From: Promethearchaeota archaeon
GTDB taxonomy: Archaea > Asgardarchaeota > Lokiarchaeia > Sigyniarchaeales > SOKP01
Direction of reading: 5' to 3'
Assembly (NCBI GenBank): GCA_019894975.1
Contig: JAGXNO010000006.1
Location: 1 to 64,000, forward strand
DNA length: 64,000 bases
In this document: positions 1-9,369 of the stretch, one piece after another
How the letters are laid out: each line of letters opens with the position of its first letter
Numbering within the stretch: the stretch's first letter is position 1
Program-made: the position numbers and the translations under genes
Notes under the pieces: generated by a model
Told to the model about the DNA's origin: nothing
The model's database searches: none
What the model saw: only the letters and a program-made list of their open reading frames with translations

Positions 1-2
1 TC

Positions 3-176
3 TTTAATATTAAAGATATTTTAAAACCACTAACCGAAGTTGAACTTCAAGAGCTTATAGTTGATGATGAGGTTTTAATGGAAAAAGAAAAAAAGGCAAT
101 TGATAATCAAATCAAAAGGATTCAACAACAACAAGAGAATGCAATCCAATTAGAAGACCTCAAAAAGCCAAAATAG
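3..176 (+). CDS. 3' end of a partial CDS running off the window start (coiled-coil tail)
   Basis: Open frame FNIKDILKPLTEVELQELIVDDEVLMEKEKKAIDNQIKRIQQQQENAIQLEDLKKPK* ending in TAG at 174-176. Confidence 0.6.
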   Translation, partial: FNIKDILKPLTEVELQELIVDDEVLMEKEKKAIDNQIKRIQQQQENAIQLEDLKKPK

Positions 177-262
177 ATAATTAAATGTTATTAAAATTTT
201 AACAGTTCAATCTAATTTCTAAGTAGCAAATCTTTAATTAATTTCTAATATTGGATATAAAA

Positions 263-267
263 GAGGT
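263..267 (+). promoter_or_regulatory. Shine-Dalgarno-like GAGGT upstream of the proposed ATA start of the GPN GTPase
   Basis: AAGAGGTTAACTGAT-ATA; GAGGT lies 8 nt before ATA at 276. Confidence 0.5.
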
Positions 268-275
268 TAACTGAT

Positions 276-1052
276 ATATTATTAAATTATATTATAGGTA
301 CAGCTGGAAGCGGTAAAAGTACTCTCACAGGAGAATTAAAGCGGTATGTTCTAAATCGAAATCCAGATATTTCAGCAATTACACTGAATCTTGATCCTGG
401 AGTCAAAACTATTTCTTATACTCCTGACATAGATATAAGGGATTTTATCATCTTAGAAGAGGTTATGGAACAATATGGTTTAGGTCCTAATGGTGGGATG
501 ATTCTAGCATCGGATTTGATGGTTAATTTTTTAGATGACCTAAAAGAAGAAATTGATGAGTATAATCCCGATTGGATATTTGTAGATACTGCGGGACAAT
601 TAGAGTTATTTGCCTTTCGTGAAACTGGACCGTTAATAGCTAGTGCTTTGGGATTCGGCGATGTTCAAAGATCTGTTAGTTTTTTATTTGATTCAAATTT
701 CGTCCTCAGACCAAATGGTTTCATTTCAACCTTACTTTTAGCTGCTTCAGTACAATTTAGGTTTAGGAATATTTCACAAATAAATGTATTGTCTAAGGTG
801 GATATAATTGATGAGGATCAAATAGATATGATTATTAACTGGAGCCATGATTTTCAAGCATTGGCAGATTCAACTAATGAGAGAGAAAAAGGACTCATTA
901 GAGAATTATCCATGCTAGTCTCAGAAGTTTTTGTCCAAATGGGCTCTACAAGTGAATTAATTCCCTGTTCAACAAGAAAAGATGACGGTTTAGACATAAT
1001 ATTTGGACATTTACAGAGAGTTTTTGATTCGGATGAATCAAAATTCTATTAA
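276..1052 (+). CDS. GPN-loop GTPase (archaeal GPN/PAB0955 family); start extended upstream of the ORF-track ATG at 465
   Basis: The frame upstream of 465 encodes YIIGTAGSGKST (Walker A), NLDPG and DIDIRD, followed by LGPNGG, DTAGQLE and SKVD. In-frame TAA at 258-260; no ATG/GTG/TTG between 261 and 464. Confidence 0.9.
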   Translation: MLLNYIIGTAGSGKSTLTGELKRYVLNRNPDISAITLNLDPGVKTISYTPDIDIRDFIILEEVMEQYGLGPNGGMILASDLMVNFLDDLKEEIDEYNPDWIFVDTAGQLELFAFRETGPLIASALGFGDVQRSVSFLFDSNFVLRPNGFISTLLLAASVQFRFRNISQINVLSKVDIIDEDQIDMIINWSHDFQALADSTNEREKGLIRELSMLVSEVFVQMGSTSELIPCSTRKDDGLDIIFGHLQRVFDSDESKFY

Positions 1053-1101
1053 ACTCGCTCAAAATTTAAGAAGCGTCGATTGAATAAATAATCTAAGAAT
1101 C

Positions 1102-2199
1102 ATGAAGATAATCGGACCAATTGCAGGCATAGGTTCAAGATTAAAACCATTTACTTTAAGTAAGCCAAAAGCTTTTTTAACAGTGGCAGGAAAAAAAGTT
1201 TTAGATCATATTCTTGAAAAATTTAGCAATACATTTGACCCAAATACAGAATTAATACTCATCGTTGGATATAGAAAGAGACAAATTACCGAATACATTA
1301 AAAAGAATTATGCAGATAAATTTAAACTTATATTTATTGAACAAGAACCGAGAGGATATTCAGATGACATCCCTTTTTATTGGGGTCTGGGAGAAGCAGT
1401 CTATTTATCCAATATAAGATTTAAAAAACAACATTTTGAAACCAAAGACCAGGATAAAAGAGAAGGCTCTCTTATCTTTTTAGGAGATATGATACCTATA
1501 GATGAGTACTCGTACTTTATGTACCGTTATTTTGAATCTGACATAGATGGGATTATAACCGTAATGGAAGTTCCAAAAGAAGATGCTCATTCTTACGGGG
1601 TAGTGACTATAGATGAAAACGCGGTTATCCAAAAGCTTGTGGAAAAACCAAAAGAATTTATATCAAATTTAGCCATTGCCGGACCATACGCTTTTTCGCA
1701 TTCAGCTACAATGGCACTTTTCACAAATATTAAACGTTATTTAGATAATAAATCAGAAACTAAAAATGAAATATATTTGACTCAAAGCTTACAGGATTTA
1801 GTGGATCAAGGATTTAAAATTGCTGCAGTTCCATTAAAAAAAGGAAACCTCGATTTTGGTAGACCTTCTGAATTACTCAATGGAAATAAATATTTGTTAA
1901 TGCAAACCTCAGTTAGAAAAGAAGACTTTTCAGGATTAAATATAACGTCTGAAAGATCTTTAATAAAAAATCCTGTATATATTGGAAGGAATACAAAAAT
2001 AATAAATTCAGTTATCGGACCCTATGTTTCAATAGGAGATAATTCAAAAATTGAAAATTGCATAATAGAAAATAGCGTTATAGAAGAAAGAACTCAACTT
2101 AATAACATTATTTCCAGAAACTCTATTATAGGTAGTGATGTAATGGTTGAGAATATAAGTAAGGATTATTTAATTATTGGGGATAAAAGCAGATATTAA
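1102..2199 (+). CDS. Sugar-phosphate nucleotidyltransferase (long RmlA/glucose-1-phosphate thymidylyltransferase type) with C-terminal left-handed beta-helix
   Basis: AGIGSRLKPFT..PK, VEKP, DFGRP, hexapeptide repeats (IGPYVSIGDNSKIENCII). Confidence 0.85.
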   Translation: MKIIGPIAGIGSRLKPFTLSKPKAFLTVAGKKVLDHILEKFSNTFDPNTELILIVGYRKRQITEYIKKNYADKFKLIFIEQEPRGYSDDIPFYWGLGEAVYLSNIRFKKQHFETKDQDKREGSLIFLGDMIPIDEYSYFMYRYFESDIDGIITVMEVPKEDAHSYGVVTIDENAVIQKLVEKPKEFISNLAIAGPYAFSHSATMALFTNIKRYLDNKSETKNEIYLTQSLQDLVDQGFKIAAVPLKKGNLDFGRPSELLNGNKYLLMQTSVRKEDFSGLNITSERSLIKNPVYIGRNTKIINSVIGPYVSIGDNSKIENCIIENSVIEERTQLNNIISRNSIIGSDVMVENISKDYLIIGDKSRY

Positions 2200-2326
2200 T
2201 AATTTTCCTCATCAAATTACTTCTAAATAATATAGTTAATTATTAATTTTAGTAAGATTAAAATAGTAATTAATAATATCAAGATTTTGACTATATTAGA
2301 AATTTAAATAATACTTGAGAATAATC

Positions 2327-3709
2327 ATGTCGTATCATATTGCTTTTGATGTTGCTCATAAACCCAGGGGTCGAATTGACGAGAATTTAACTGAACTTCG
2401 AGATCATGTAAATTCAAATGATTTTGTATGTTATAACTTTTTAGAAATTCCAATCACGGAAGAATCACTTATACCCTATGACATATTAGTCTTTGTTTGT
2501 CCTGATTTTTCAAGAATAAACGCAAATGAAGTAACCCAAATTGTAAAATGGGTTAAAAATTCCGGAGGGGGGCTCTTATTATTATCACATGCAGGCGGTG
2601 ATAGAGGTCGTGGGAGTAACTTATCTGAAATTTCAGAGCAGTTTGGTATAATTTTTGAAAATGATCAAGTTTTAGATGAACGAGTAAATTTAGGTATGGA
2701 AAATATTCCTTTAATAAATGTTTTTAATATCCCTCATCCAATTACATCCGAAATAGACACCTTATGTTATAGATCGGGGTGTTCTCTTTCGATAGTTGGT
2801 AGTGGAGCATTCGCGATAGCCGATTCGAATGAAACGTCAGAACCTTTTTCTTGTCCTCTTATATGTGTATCTGAATTAGGAAAAGGAAGAGTATGCTGCA
2901 TTGGAAGTTATGAAATGTTTAGGGATAAAATAGGGGGTGGTTTTCAGTGTTATGATCATCCTAATTTAGCACTAAATATTTTTAAATGGCTTGTTTCGGA
3001 TCACCGAATTGAGCTTAGATCAACCCTAGACATTCCAACACCCCTTTCTCAATCATCTGCACCAATTTCATCTGCTGAAACCCAATCTATATATTCAAAC
3101 GACACATCTCCAAGTACGGGAAGAGCAATTAACATCGATTTTTCTATGAAAATCTCTAAAAAAAGTGAGTTAATAGAATTATTAAAAATATTTCAGAATC
3201 AGATAAATACAATCAAAACTACGATTGACAAGTTAATAGATACTGCAACAGATGCAGATACTGACATTGTAGAGTCTGATCAACTTCTTATTTCTAACAT
3301 AGAAGATCAATATCAAGATAATAAACCTATTACACAAGAAACTCCATCTTTAGAAGATATTACGAGTGAAATCAATAGCATTAGCAATTTAGAAAAAGAC
3401 GAAGAAGGTCTTACATCATTACCGCCCAAACCAGAGAGTTTGGTCCAAGAAGAAGTCGAAGAAACAGGTTTAAAACCAGTACCTAAACTCAAAACAAAAG
3501 ATAAAACCAACAAGGAATTAAAAGATGAAAAGAAGGATTTAGAATCACAACTTTCTTCTGTTGAAATATTGAAGGAATCCATTGACAAAAAGCATTCATC
3601 TGGAAAAATAGATGATGACGAATATTCAAAAAGATCAAAAAAACTAGAGAGTGATACAAAGAAAACAAAGAAAAAGATGGGTGTTATAGATAAGTTATTA
3701 GAAAAATAA
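2327..3709 (+). CDS. GIFT (GldG/IFT52, DUF4350-like) domain protein with low-complexity linker and C-terminal coiled-coil hairpin
   Basis: IAFDVAH, YDILVFVCP, WVKNSGGGLLLL, NLSEISEQFGIIFEND, HPIT, GKGRVCCIGSYEMF, N.ALNIFKWL. ATG at 2327 preferred to TTG at 2315. Confidence 0.65.
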   Translation: MSYHIAFDVAHKPRGRIDENLTELRDHVNSNDFVCYNFLEIPITEESLIPYDILVFVCPDFSRINANEVTQIVKWVKNSGGGLLLLSHAGGDRGRGSNLSEISEQFGIIFENDQVLDERVNLGMENIPLINVFNIPHPITSEIDTLCYRSGCSLSIVGSGAFAIADSNETSEPFSCPLICVSELGKGRVCCIGSYEMFRDKIGGGFQCYDHPNLALNIFKWLVSDHRIELRSTLDIPTPLSQSSAPISSAETQSIYSNDTSPSTGRAINIDFSMKISKKSELIELLKIFQNQINTIKTTIDKLIDTATDADTDIVESDQLLISNIEDQYQDNKPITQETPSLEDITSEINSISNLEKDEEGLTSLPPKPESLVQEEVEETGLKPVPKLKTKDKTNKELKDEKKDLESQLSSVEILKESIDKKHSSGKIDDDEYSKRSKKLESDTKKTKKKMGVIDKLLEK

Positions 3710-3735
3710 ATAACTAAACAAGATACTAGAAAACT

Positions 3736-5058
3736 TCACCCTTTAGGTTTCACAGGGTGTCCTTCCGGGATATACGGTTGGGCATATTTATTTACGATCT
3801 CAAAGAAATCTTTATCACTTACACCCTTAGTAACTTTCTTAAGTTCTTCCTTTATAATTTTGAAGGACTTCCTTAATTCTTCTTTTGAGGTTGTTTCGTG
3901 TTTTTGTTTAACTTCTGTTGAGATTTTTCTTATTATTTCGATAGGAATATCTAAATCTAGAACTTTTAGCTTCTCGTGTAAAGCGTGGGTCACAGATTTT
4001 GTCCCTGAAAATTTTCCCAAATAGAATTTTCTTCTTCTTCCTACCATACGGGGGTTTATTGGTTCATATGTTAGTGGATGAGCCAGAATTGCAGCAATAT
4101 GGAGTCCACTTTCATGGGAGAAGGCATAGTCTCCTACTATAGGTTTATATTGTGATAAAGGTTTACAGAAATATTTTTCACATTGTGCACTTAATTCAGG
4201 TAACTTTGTCAAATCTATTCCTGTTTTTATTCCTATCCTTTCCAATATTGTTGCTACTTCTTCTAAAGCCGCATTTCCCGCACGTTCGCCATACCCATTT
4301 ATACAGGTGTGAGGATATTTACAACCTTCTATAACTCCCGTTATTGTATTTGCTACTGCTAGTCCAAAATCATTATGAGTATGAATACCAATCGGGATAT
4401 TTTCTCTAAGAGGGGCAATTACTTCCTCTTTGATACGTTTAATCAAATATGAGGTTGATATAGGCGTTAAGATCCCAACAGTATCCCCCAAGACTACTCG
4501 TTCTGCTCCTGCTTTGATAGCTGTTTCAAAAACATTTTTTAAATGAACAAAGTCACATCTAGATCCATCTTCAGCAACCCAGTTAATTTTAAATCCATTA
4601 TCTTTAGCATAATGAAGTGCAGTTTCAATTTGATTTAATTGATGATCCGCATTTTGTTTTAATGTTTTTCTAAAGATAGGTGAGATGGGCATGAATATCA
4701 CAATTTCTTTAAGATCTGCGTCTATACATGCATCAATGTCATCTTTCCTCGGTCTGGCAATCCCTAAAATTGTAGATTTTTTAAAGTTTTCATTAACAAT
4801 AGCTTTTACTATTTTTTTTTCTGAATCTGAGACTGCTGGAAAACCTACGGCTATTAGTTTAACCCCAATCTCATCCATCATTTTTGCTAGATGTATTTTT
4901 TCATCGAGAGTTAAATAAACAGTGGGACTTTGTTCCCCATCTCGTAAAGTTTCGTCCCAGATCTCAATTGAATCGGGTAAATCATAGTTTTTTAATGCAA
5001 TCTCATTGTAGTCAATAAGGAGATCCCGAAGTTCCTCCTTTGAGAATTTGTAAGACAT
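3736..5058 (-). CDS. Homocitrate synthase / 2-isopropylmalate synthase family (DRE-TIM), no LeuA regulatory domain
   Basis: DETLRDGEQ, HTHNDFG, GYGERAGNA, HESGLH, YEP; 440 aa. Confidence 0.85.
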   Translation of the reverse strand: MSYKFSKEELRDLLIDYNEIALKNYDLPDSIEIWDETLRDGEQSPTVYLTLDEKIHLAKMMDEIGVKLIAVGFPAVSDSEKKIVKAIVNENFKKSTILGIARPRKDDIDACIDADLKEIVIFMPISPIFRKTLKQNADHQLNQIETALHYAKDNGFKINWVAEDGSRCDFVHLKNVFETAIKAGAERVVLGDTVGILTPISTSYLIKRIKEEVIAPLRENIPIGIHTHNDFGLAVANTITGVIEGCKYPHTCINGYGERAGNAALEEVATILERIGIKTGIDLTKLPELSAQCEKYFCKPLSQYKPIVGDYAFSHESGLHIAAILAHPLTYEPINPRMVGRRRKFYLGKFSGTKSVTHALHEKLKVLDLDIPIEIIRKISTEVKQKHETTSKEELRKSFKIIKEELKKVTKGVSDKDFFEIVNKYAQPYIPEGHPVKPKG

Positions 5059-5204
5059 AGTTTAATCCTTTTTATAATTAATGATAAATAAAATTATGGA
5101 ATACAAATAAATTTCATTTTTAGAAAAAGTATAAAATAGTTAAAAGATAACGTGGAGCCCAAACTTGTGAGTAAGAATTGAAAATCAAACAAAAAAGAAA
5201 AGAA

Positions 5205-5624
5205 TTATTTAATAACGTCTGTAATAAAACAGGTCTCTACAATTTTCACTCCTTTAATTTGTGAGATCTTCTCTTCTATTAAAGGGTTAAATTGTTCTAT
5301 TGAAGGGATTTCAACTTTCATAAATAAACCACAATCACCAGATAGTCTCCAGATATCAGTAATTTCTTCAATGTCTAATAATTCCTTCAAAATCCTTTTT
5401 ATCTCTTTAAAATCTGGTTCTAATTTCACGGTTGCCCTAGTACGAGGTTTATTATCAATTGCATAATCAATTGTGAATTTTCTGATCACACTTTCATTTG
5501 TTAATTTTTTTACTCGTCTTCTAACAGTTGCTTCAGTTTTGCCAACACTCAGAGAAATCTCATTAAAAGACATTCTACTATTATCTTTTAATAATTCTAA
5601 AATTTTCAAATCTACAATATCCAT
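5205..5624 (-). CDS. Lrp/AsnC family regulator (LysM-like)
   Basis: MD.VDLKILELLKDNSR.SF.EIS..VG.TEATVRRRVKKL HTH plus RAM domain; directly upstream of the homocitrate synthase-like gene. Confidence 0.85.
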   Translation of the reverse strand: MDIVDLKILELLKDNSRMSFNEISLSVGKTEATVRRRVKKLTNESVIRKFTIDYAIDNKPRTRATVKLEPDFKEIKRILKELLDIEEITDIWRLSGDCGLFMKVEIPSIEQFNPLIEEKISQIKGVKIVETCFITDVIK

Positions 5625-6005
5625 AATATCGAAATCACGAATTTTTTATATTCTTTTTATAAAAATAATTTCACTTTATTATTAAATATGATGATTATAT
5701 ATATAAAAACTTTAATTATATTCTCAAATTCACTAATTTTATAGCGAATTGAAAATACTATTGTCTGAAAATGGTTATCAATCTATTAATAAAGCTATTA
5801 ATCAATACAAAATCGGAAATTAATATCTTAGATTTGGTGCCTTTATGCGAAAAATAGTTTTTTTATCTCAAGCTGTTTCATAGGAAATTGATCAAAAATA
5901 ATTATAAAGTAAAAATTTTTAAGATGAAATAAATCATAATTTCGTTCAAATATTTAGACGTTAGCTTTAATAAAAAAAAAACTTTTTTATAGAGTTTATA
6001 TTAAA

Positions 6006-6578
6006 ATGATTAATATGGAAAAACTAACAAACAAAGAGTTTATAACACCTACAGTATTAATCGCCAGTGTTTACGCCGTTCTAGTATCTAATTTCTTTAT
6101 GATGGCTTATAGATCGGTACTCGATGCTAATTGGTCATTTTTTACAAACAATAATTCATTAGCTAATATATTAGCTCTTGCTTTTGTGCTATTTATTGTA
6201 ATACTTGTATTATCAATAAAATATACAGAGAAAATTGACAGTAAAATACTAATAACTATAATAATCATCATTACGGGTTTATGTGGATTTGTCGTTACCA
6301 CGTTTTGGACTTTGGAGTGGTTTATGCTTGGTTTTATAGTAGTTGCTTTATCGATTGCCTACCTTACCCCATGTTTATCTAAACTTTCAACTGAAATGGT
6401 GGGACCTGAACCTGAAAAAGATTATTATAAATTGATATTTCCTATTAGCATGATTTTATGGATCGGGATCTCAGTACTCATCTTTTATTTCATAGAGAAC
6501 GAATATGTATGGAGATTTTTTTACATAATTTCGGGTGTTCTTAATATCGCAGGATCATTTATGATTTACAATGTTTAA
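6006..6578 (+). CDS. Integral membrane protein, ~6 TM, resembling one half of an MFS transporter
   Basis: Six hydrophobic segments; terminal WRFFYIISG resembles the MFS TM6 motif. Confidence 0.55.
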   Translation: MINMEKLTNKEFITPTVLIASVYAVLVSNFFMMAYRSVLDANWSFFTNNNSLANILALAFVLFIVILVLSIKYTEKIDSKILITIIIIITGLCGFVVTTFWTLEWFMLGFIVVALSIAYLTPCLSKLSTEMVGPEPEKDYYKLIFPISMILWIGISVLIFYFIENEYVWRFFYIISGVLNIAGSFMIYNV

Positions 6579-6781
6579 TACGTTTGATAATTAATTTAGA
6601 TTTCAAAGTTAATACTAGGTCTAGGTCTGAAAAAAAATTTAGCTATAGGATTAGCTGATTTTTATATCTTCTCTATTTTTTAGTTGAATACTAATTGGTT
6701 TTAAATGATTAAATCGTATCAATAATATTATTAGAAATGTATTAATTCTTCATAATATATTCTATAGATAGAGTTAAAATA

Positions 6782-7582
6782 ATGTCAAAACAAATTCCTG
6801 AAAACGTTAAAGAGTCGTTGAGATCAATAGGTCTTACAGATTACGAAATCTCAATTTATCTCACTTTGATCTCAAAAGGTCCAATGGATGCCCGAGAACT
6901 ATCAGAAGCATCGGGAGTCCCTTATTCTCGTATATATAACATCCTCACTCAGCTGGAAAAGGATAAACTGTTTATAATAAAGGAGGAAGAGTCTCGTCCG
7001 TCTCGTTATTTTGCTAAATCACCAGATGAAGCTCTCATCATTGCAAAAAAACAATATAGTGATAGTTTTAATGAACATTCAGACAAAATTATTCATACTC
7101 TTACCCCGATATACCAATCTCATGATACCCCAATCAAGATCGCGCTATATGTTCATAGAGGTAGAGATGTTTGCATTAATAGAGCTTTATCATTAATAAA
7201 TTTAGCAAAAAATTCAATATACTTTACTTCAACAGAATTTGAATTACTAGAATTATTTTTTGATGATATTAAAAAAGCAAGAGCAAGGGGAGTTACTGAT
7301 ATTAAGCTCCTGGTTGACGCAAATGCTTTAGGAGACAAAAATTTTAAATCATTACTTAAGAAATATAATCAGCTCTGTGAAATTAAGTGGAGAGATCAGA
7401 TTTTTGGTAGTTCTGTTATCATTGATGAAGGTGAAGATGCGTTTATTATCCTTTCTGAAAGTTTCTTTCCAAAAAAAATGTCTTATTTTGGAATTGTAAC
7501 AGATCATGTCGCCTTTGGACCTTCTTCTTTATACTACTATGAATATCTGTATAAAAGCGCAAATGATGCAAAATTAGATTAG
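6782..7582 (+). CDS. TrmB family transcriptional regulator
   Basis: LRSIGLTDYEISIYLTL, ARELSEASGVPYSRIYNIL..L wHTH plus effector-binding domain. Confidence 0.9.
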   Translation: MSKQIPENVKESLRSIGLTDYEISIYLTLISKGPMDARELSEASGVPYSRIYNILTQLEKDKLFIIKEEESRPSRYFAKSPDEALIIAKKQYSDSFNEHSDKIIHTLTPIYQSHDTPIKIALYVHRGRDVCINRALSLINLAKNSIYFTSTEFELLELFFDDIKKARARGVTDIKLLVDANALGDKNFKSLLKKYNQLCEIKWRDQIFGSSVIIDEGEDAFIILSESFFPKKMSYFGIVTDHVAFGPSSLYYYEYLYKSANDAKLD

Positions 7583-7614
7583 TTTATCCAAACTCTCTCA
7601 ATTAAAGATAAGTC

Positions 7615-7869
7615 TTAAAATTTAATTGTAATTGCATTTTCAGGACATGCTTCGACACATTTAAAACAACGGGTGCATACCGAAGGCCAAATTGCTGTAA
7701 TTTTCCAATTCTGTGGATCATATATGTTCGCTTCTTTTTTTTTCAAATCTTCATGGCGTAAAAACACACAAGGATCACATACTTTTAGACATTTAGCACA
7801 TTCCCTGGGATCAACTTTTCCATCTGGTCCGCATTTTGAATAATCAATTTTAATTTTTGTCTTGCCCAT
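7615..7869 (-). CDS. 4Fe-4S ferredoxin
   Basis: CAKCLKVC and CTRCFKCVEACP; SD GGTGA 4 nt before the ATG. Confidence 0.85.
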   Translation of the reverse strand: MGKTKIKIDYSKCGPDGKVDPRECAKCLKVCDPCVFLRHEDLKKKEANIYDPQNWKITAIWPSVCTRCFKCVEACPENAITIKF

Positions 7870-7877
7870 AATATCAC

Positions 7878-8747
7878 CTAGAAATGCCCATCAAATCCTT
7901 TAAATTCTTGTCTTGGTATTAAATTCAAAGCATCATGTTTGCATGCATGACGGCATACTCCACATCCAAAACACTTATTGTAATCAATAATAACCCTACC
8001 AATAGATGGAATATAACGGATAGCATTCCATTGACACATAGAAACACAAGATTTACATCCTTGACAGTTATCTTGATTTAAATTAATTATATATTCTGCT
8101 TTAGACATAATCATTAAATCAAAATCATTCCGTAAACGCAACGCACCACATTCAGGACTTTCGCAATTGCATATCGCATTTATGTATGGATACGGTTGAT
8201 ACCAAACCGTAGAAACCAAACCATTTTTATTATGTTGTTCCATCCTTTCCACAGCTTCTTCACGCGTGATACGATGTGCTCTCTCTTTTGGTATAAATCT
8301 AGGGAGCTTTTCTAGTACTTCTGAAAGTACTCCAAAATTAATACAACTCTGATAATTTATACCTCTCTGCATCTTCCGACACATACAGTAAGTCTCAACA
8401 ATAGGTTCTGCAGCTAATTCGGAAAGAATAATCTGGGCATCTTCCATAGGAATTACCTGCCCAATATGACCATCTGCTCTTATTGGTTTAGGTTTTCTAA
8501 TAGTTCCATGAATCATTCGCTCAACAGTATGACGAAGAATTTTCCCAATAAGTGGCATTTGCAATTTATAACCCAATCCCTTTGATGATAATCCTGCGAT
8601 TTTTCGGATGTAAACCGCTTCAAAATTCATCCACTGCTCAGTTAAATATTCCTGCAAATTATGTTCATCAGCTAGTTGATCTGAATAGTTCCTTGCATTC
8701 ATATACCATTTCTTACCAATTCCATGTTGTGTGCACCACTTACACAT
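7878..8747 (-). CDS. 4Fe-4S dicluster-binding protein
   Basis: CMCR, ICNC, CQGCKSCVSMC, CFGCGVCRHAC. Confidence 0.8.
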   Translation of the reverse strand: MCKWCTQHGIGKKWYMNARNYSDQLADEHNLQEYLTEQWMNFEAVYIRKIAGLSSKGLGYKLQMPLIGKILRHTVERMIHGTIRKPKPIRADGHIGQVIPMEDAQIILSELAAEPIVETYCMCRKMQRGINYQSCINFGVLSEVLEKLPRFIPKERAHRITREEAVERMEQHNKNGLVSTVWYQPYPYINAICNCESPECGALRLRNDFDLMIMSKAEYIINLNQDNCQGCKSCVSMCQWNAIRYIPSIGRVIIDYNKCFGCGVCRHACKHDALNLIPRQEFKGFDGHF

Positions 8748-8901
8748 ATTTTTCCCCTAATTTACAAAACTAATAAGATATTAATTTAAATTAAATATTA
8801 GGTAATATAAAGCTTTTAATTTTCACGAATTTGACTTAAACGTACGCAAACCAATCACAACTCTAAGGAAATTATAATAAAAAGAGTAAAAATGGATTTA
8901 A

Positions 8902-9369
8902 TTATTTCAAAAACGTTCTCTTTCCTAAATAAATAAAAAGCTCTGCTAACTCAAAGATTGTTAAAGGCATTATCATATTAGCCATATCAGTACGAAGTTC
9001 TTCCTTATCTCTGCCGGAAAGGATTAGAGTCCTTATATCTTCAACATAATCATCCATGTTCAAGAATAATATTTCGATTTTATCCACTCCCGTTAGTTCT
9101 TGAATATCCTTATCTAAATGTTCCTCAACATCATTAAGTAGACCTAACTTCAGTTTAGGGCTAATGCCATATCTCATAATAAGCTTGTTCATTTCCTCTA
9201 TAATAATGTTCAAAGATAGATTCCAATCTGCATTTTCCTTATATTTTGGAATTAGAATTTCACTAATTATAATCTCAAAAAGAGTTGTTGGAGCTTTTTT
9301 GTCAAAATCTACTTCTGTGCCCGTACTTAATTTTATCCTTATGGTATCTTCACTCATACCCATTCTCAA
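8902..9369 (-). CDS. Hypothetical helical protein
   Basis: 155-aa ORF with no motif recognised; true start probably ATG at 9363 or 9357. Confidence 0.6.
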   Translation of the reverse strand: MRMGMSEDTIRIKLSTGTEVDFDKKAPTTLFEIIISEILIPKYKENADWNLSLNIIIEEMNKLIMRYGISPKLKLGLLNDVEEHLDKDIQELTGVDKIEILFLNMDDYVEDIRTLILSGRDKEELRTDMANMIMPLTIFELAELFIYLGKRTFLK

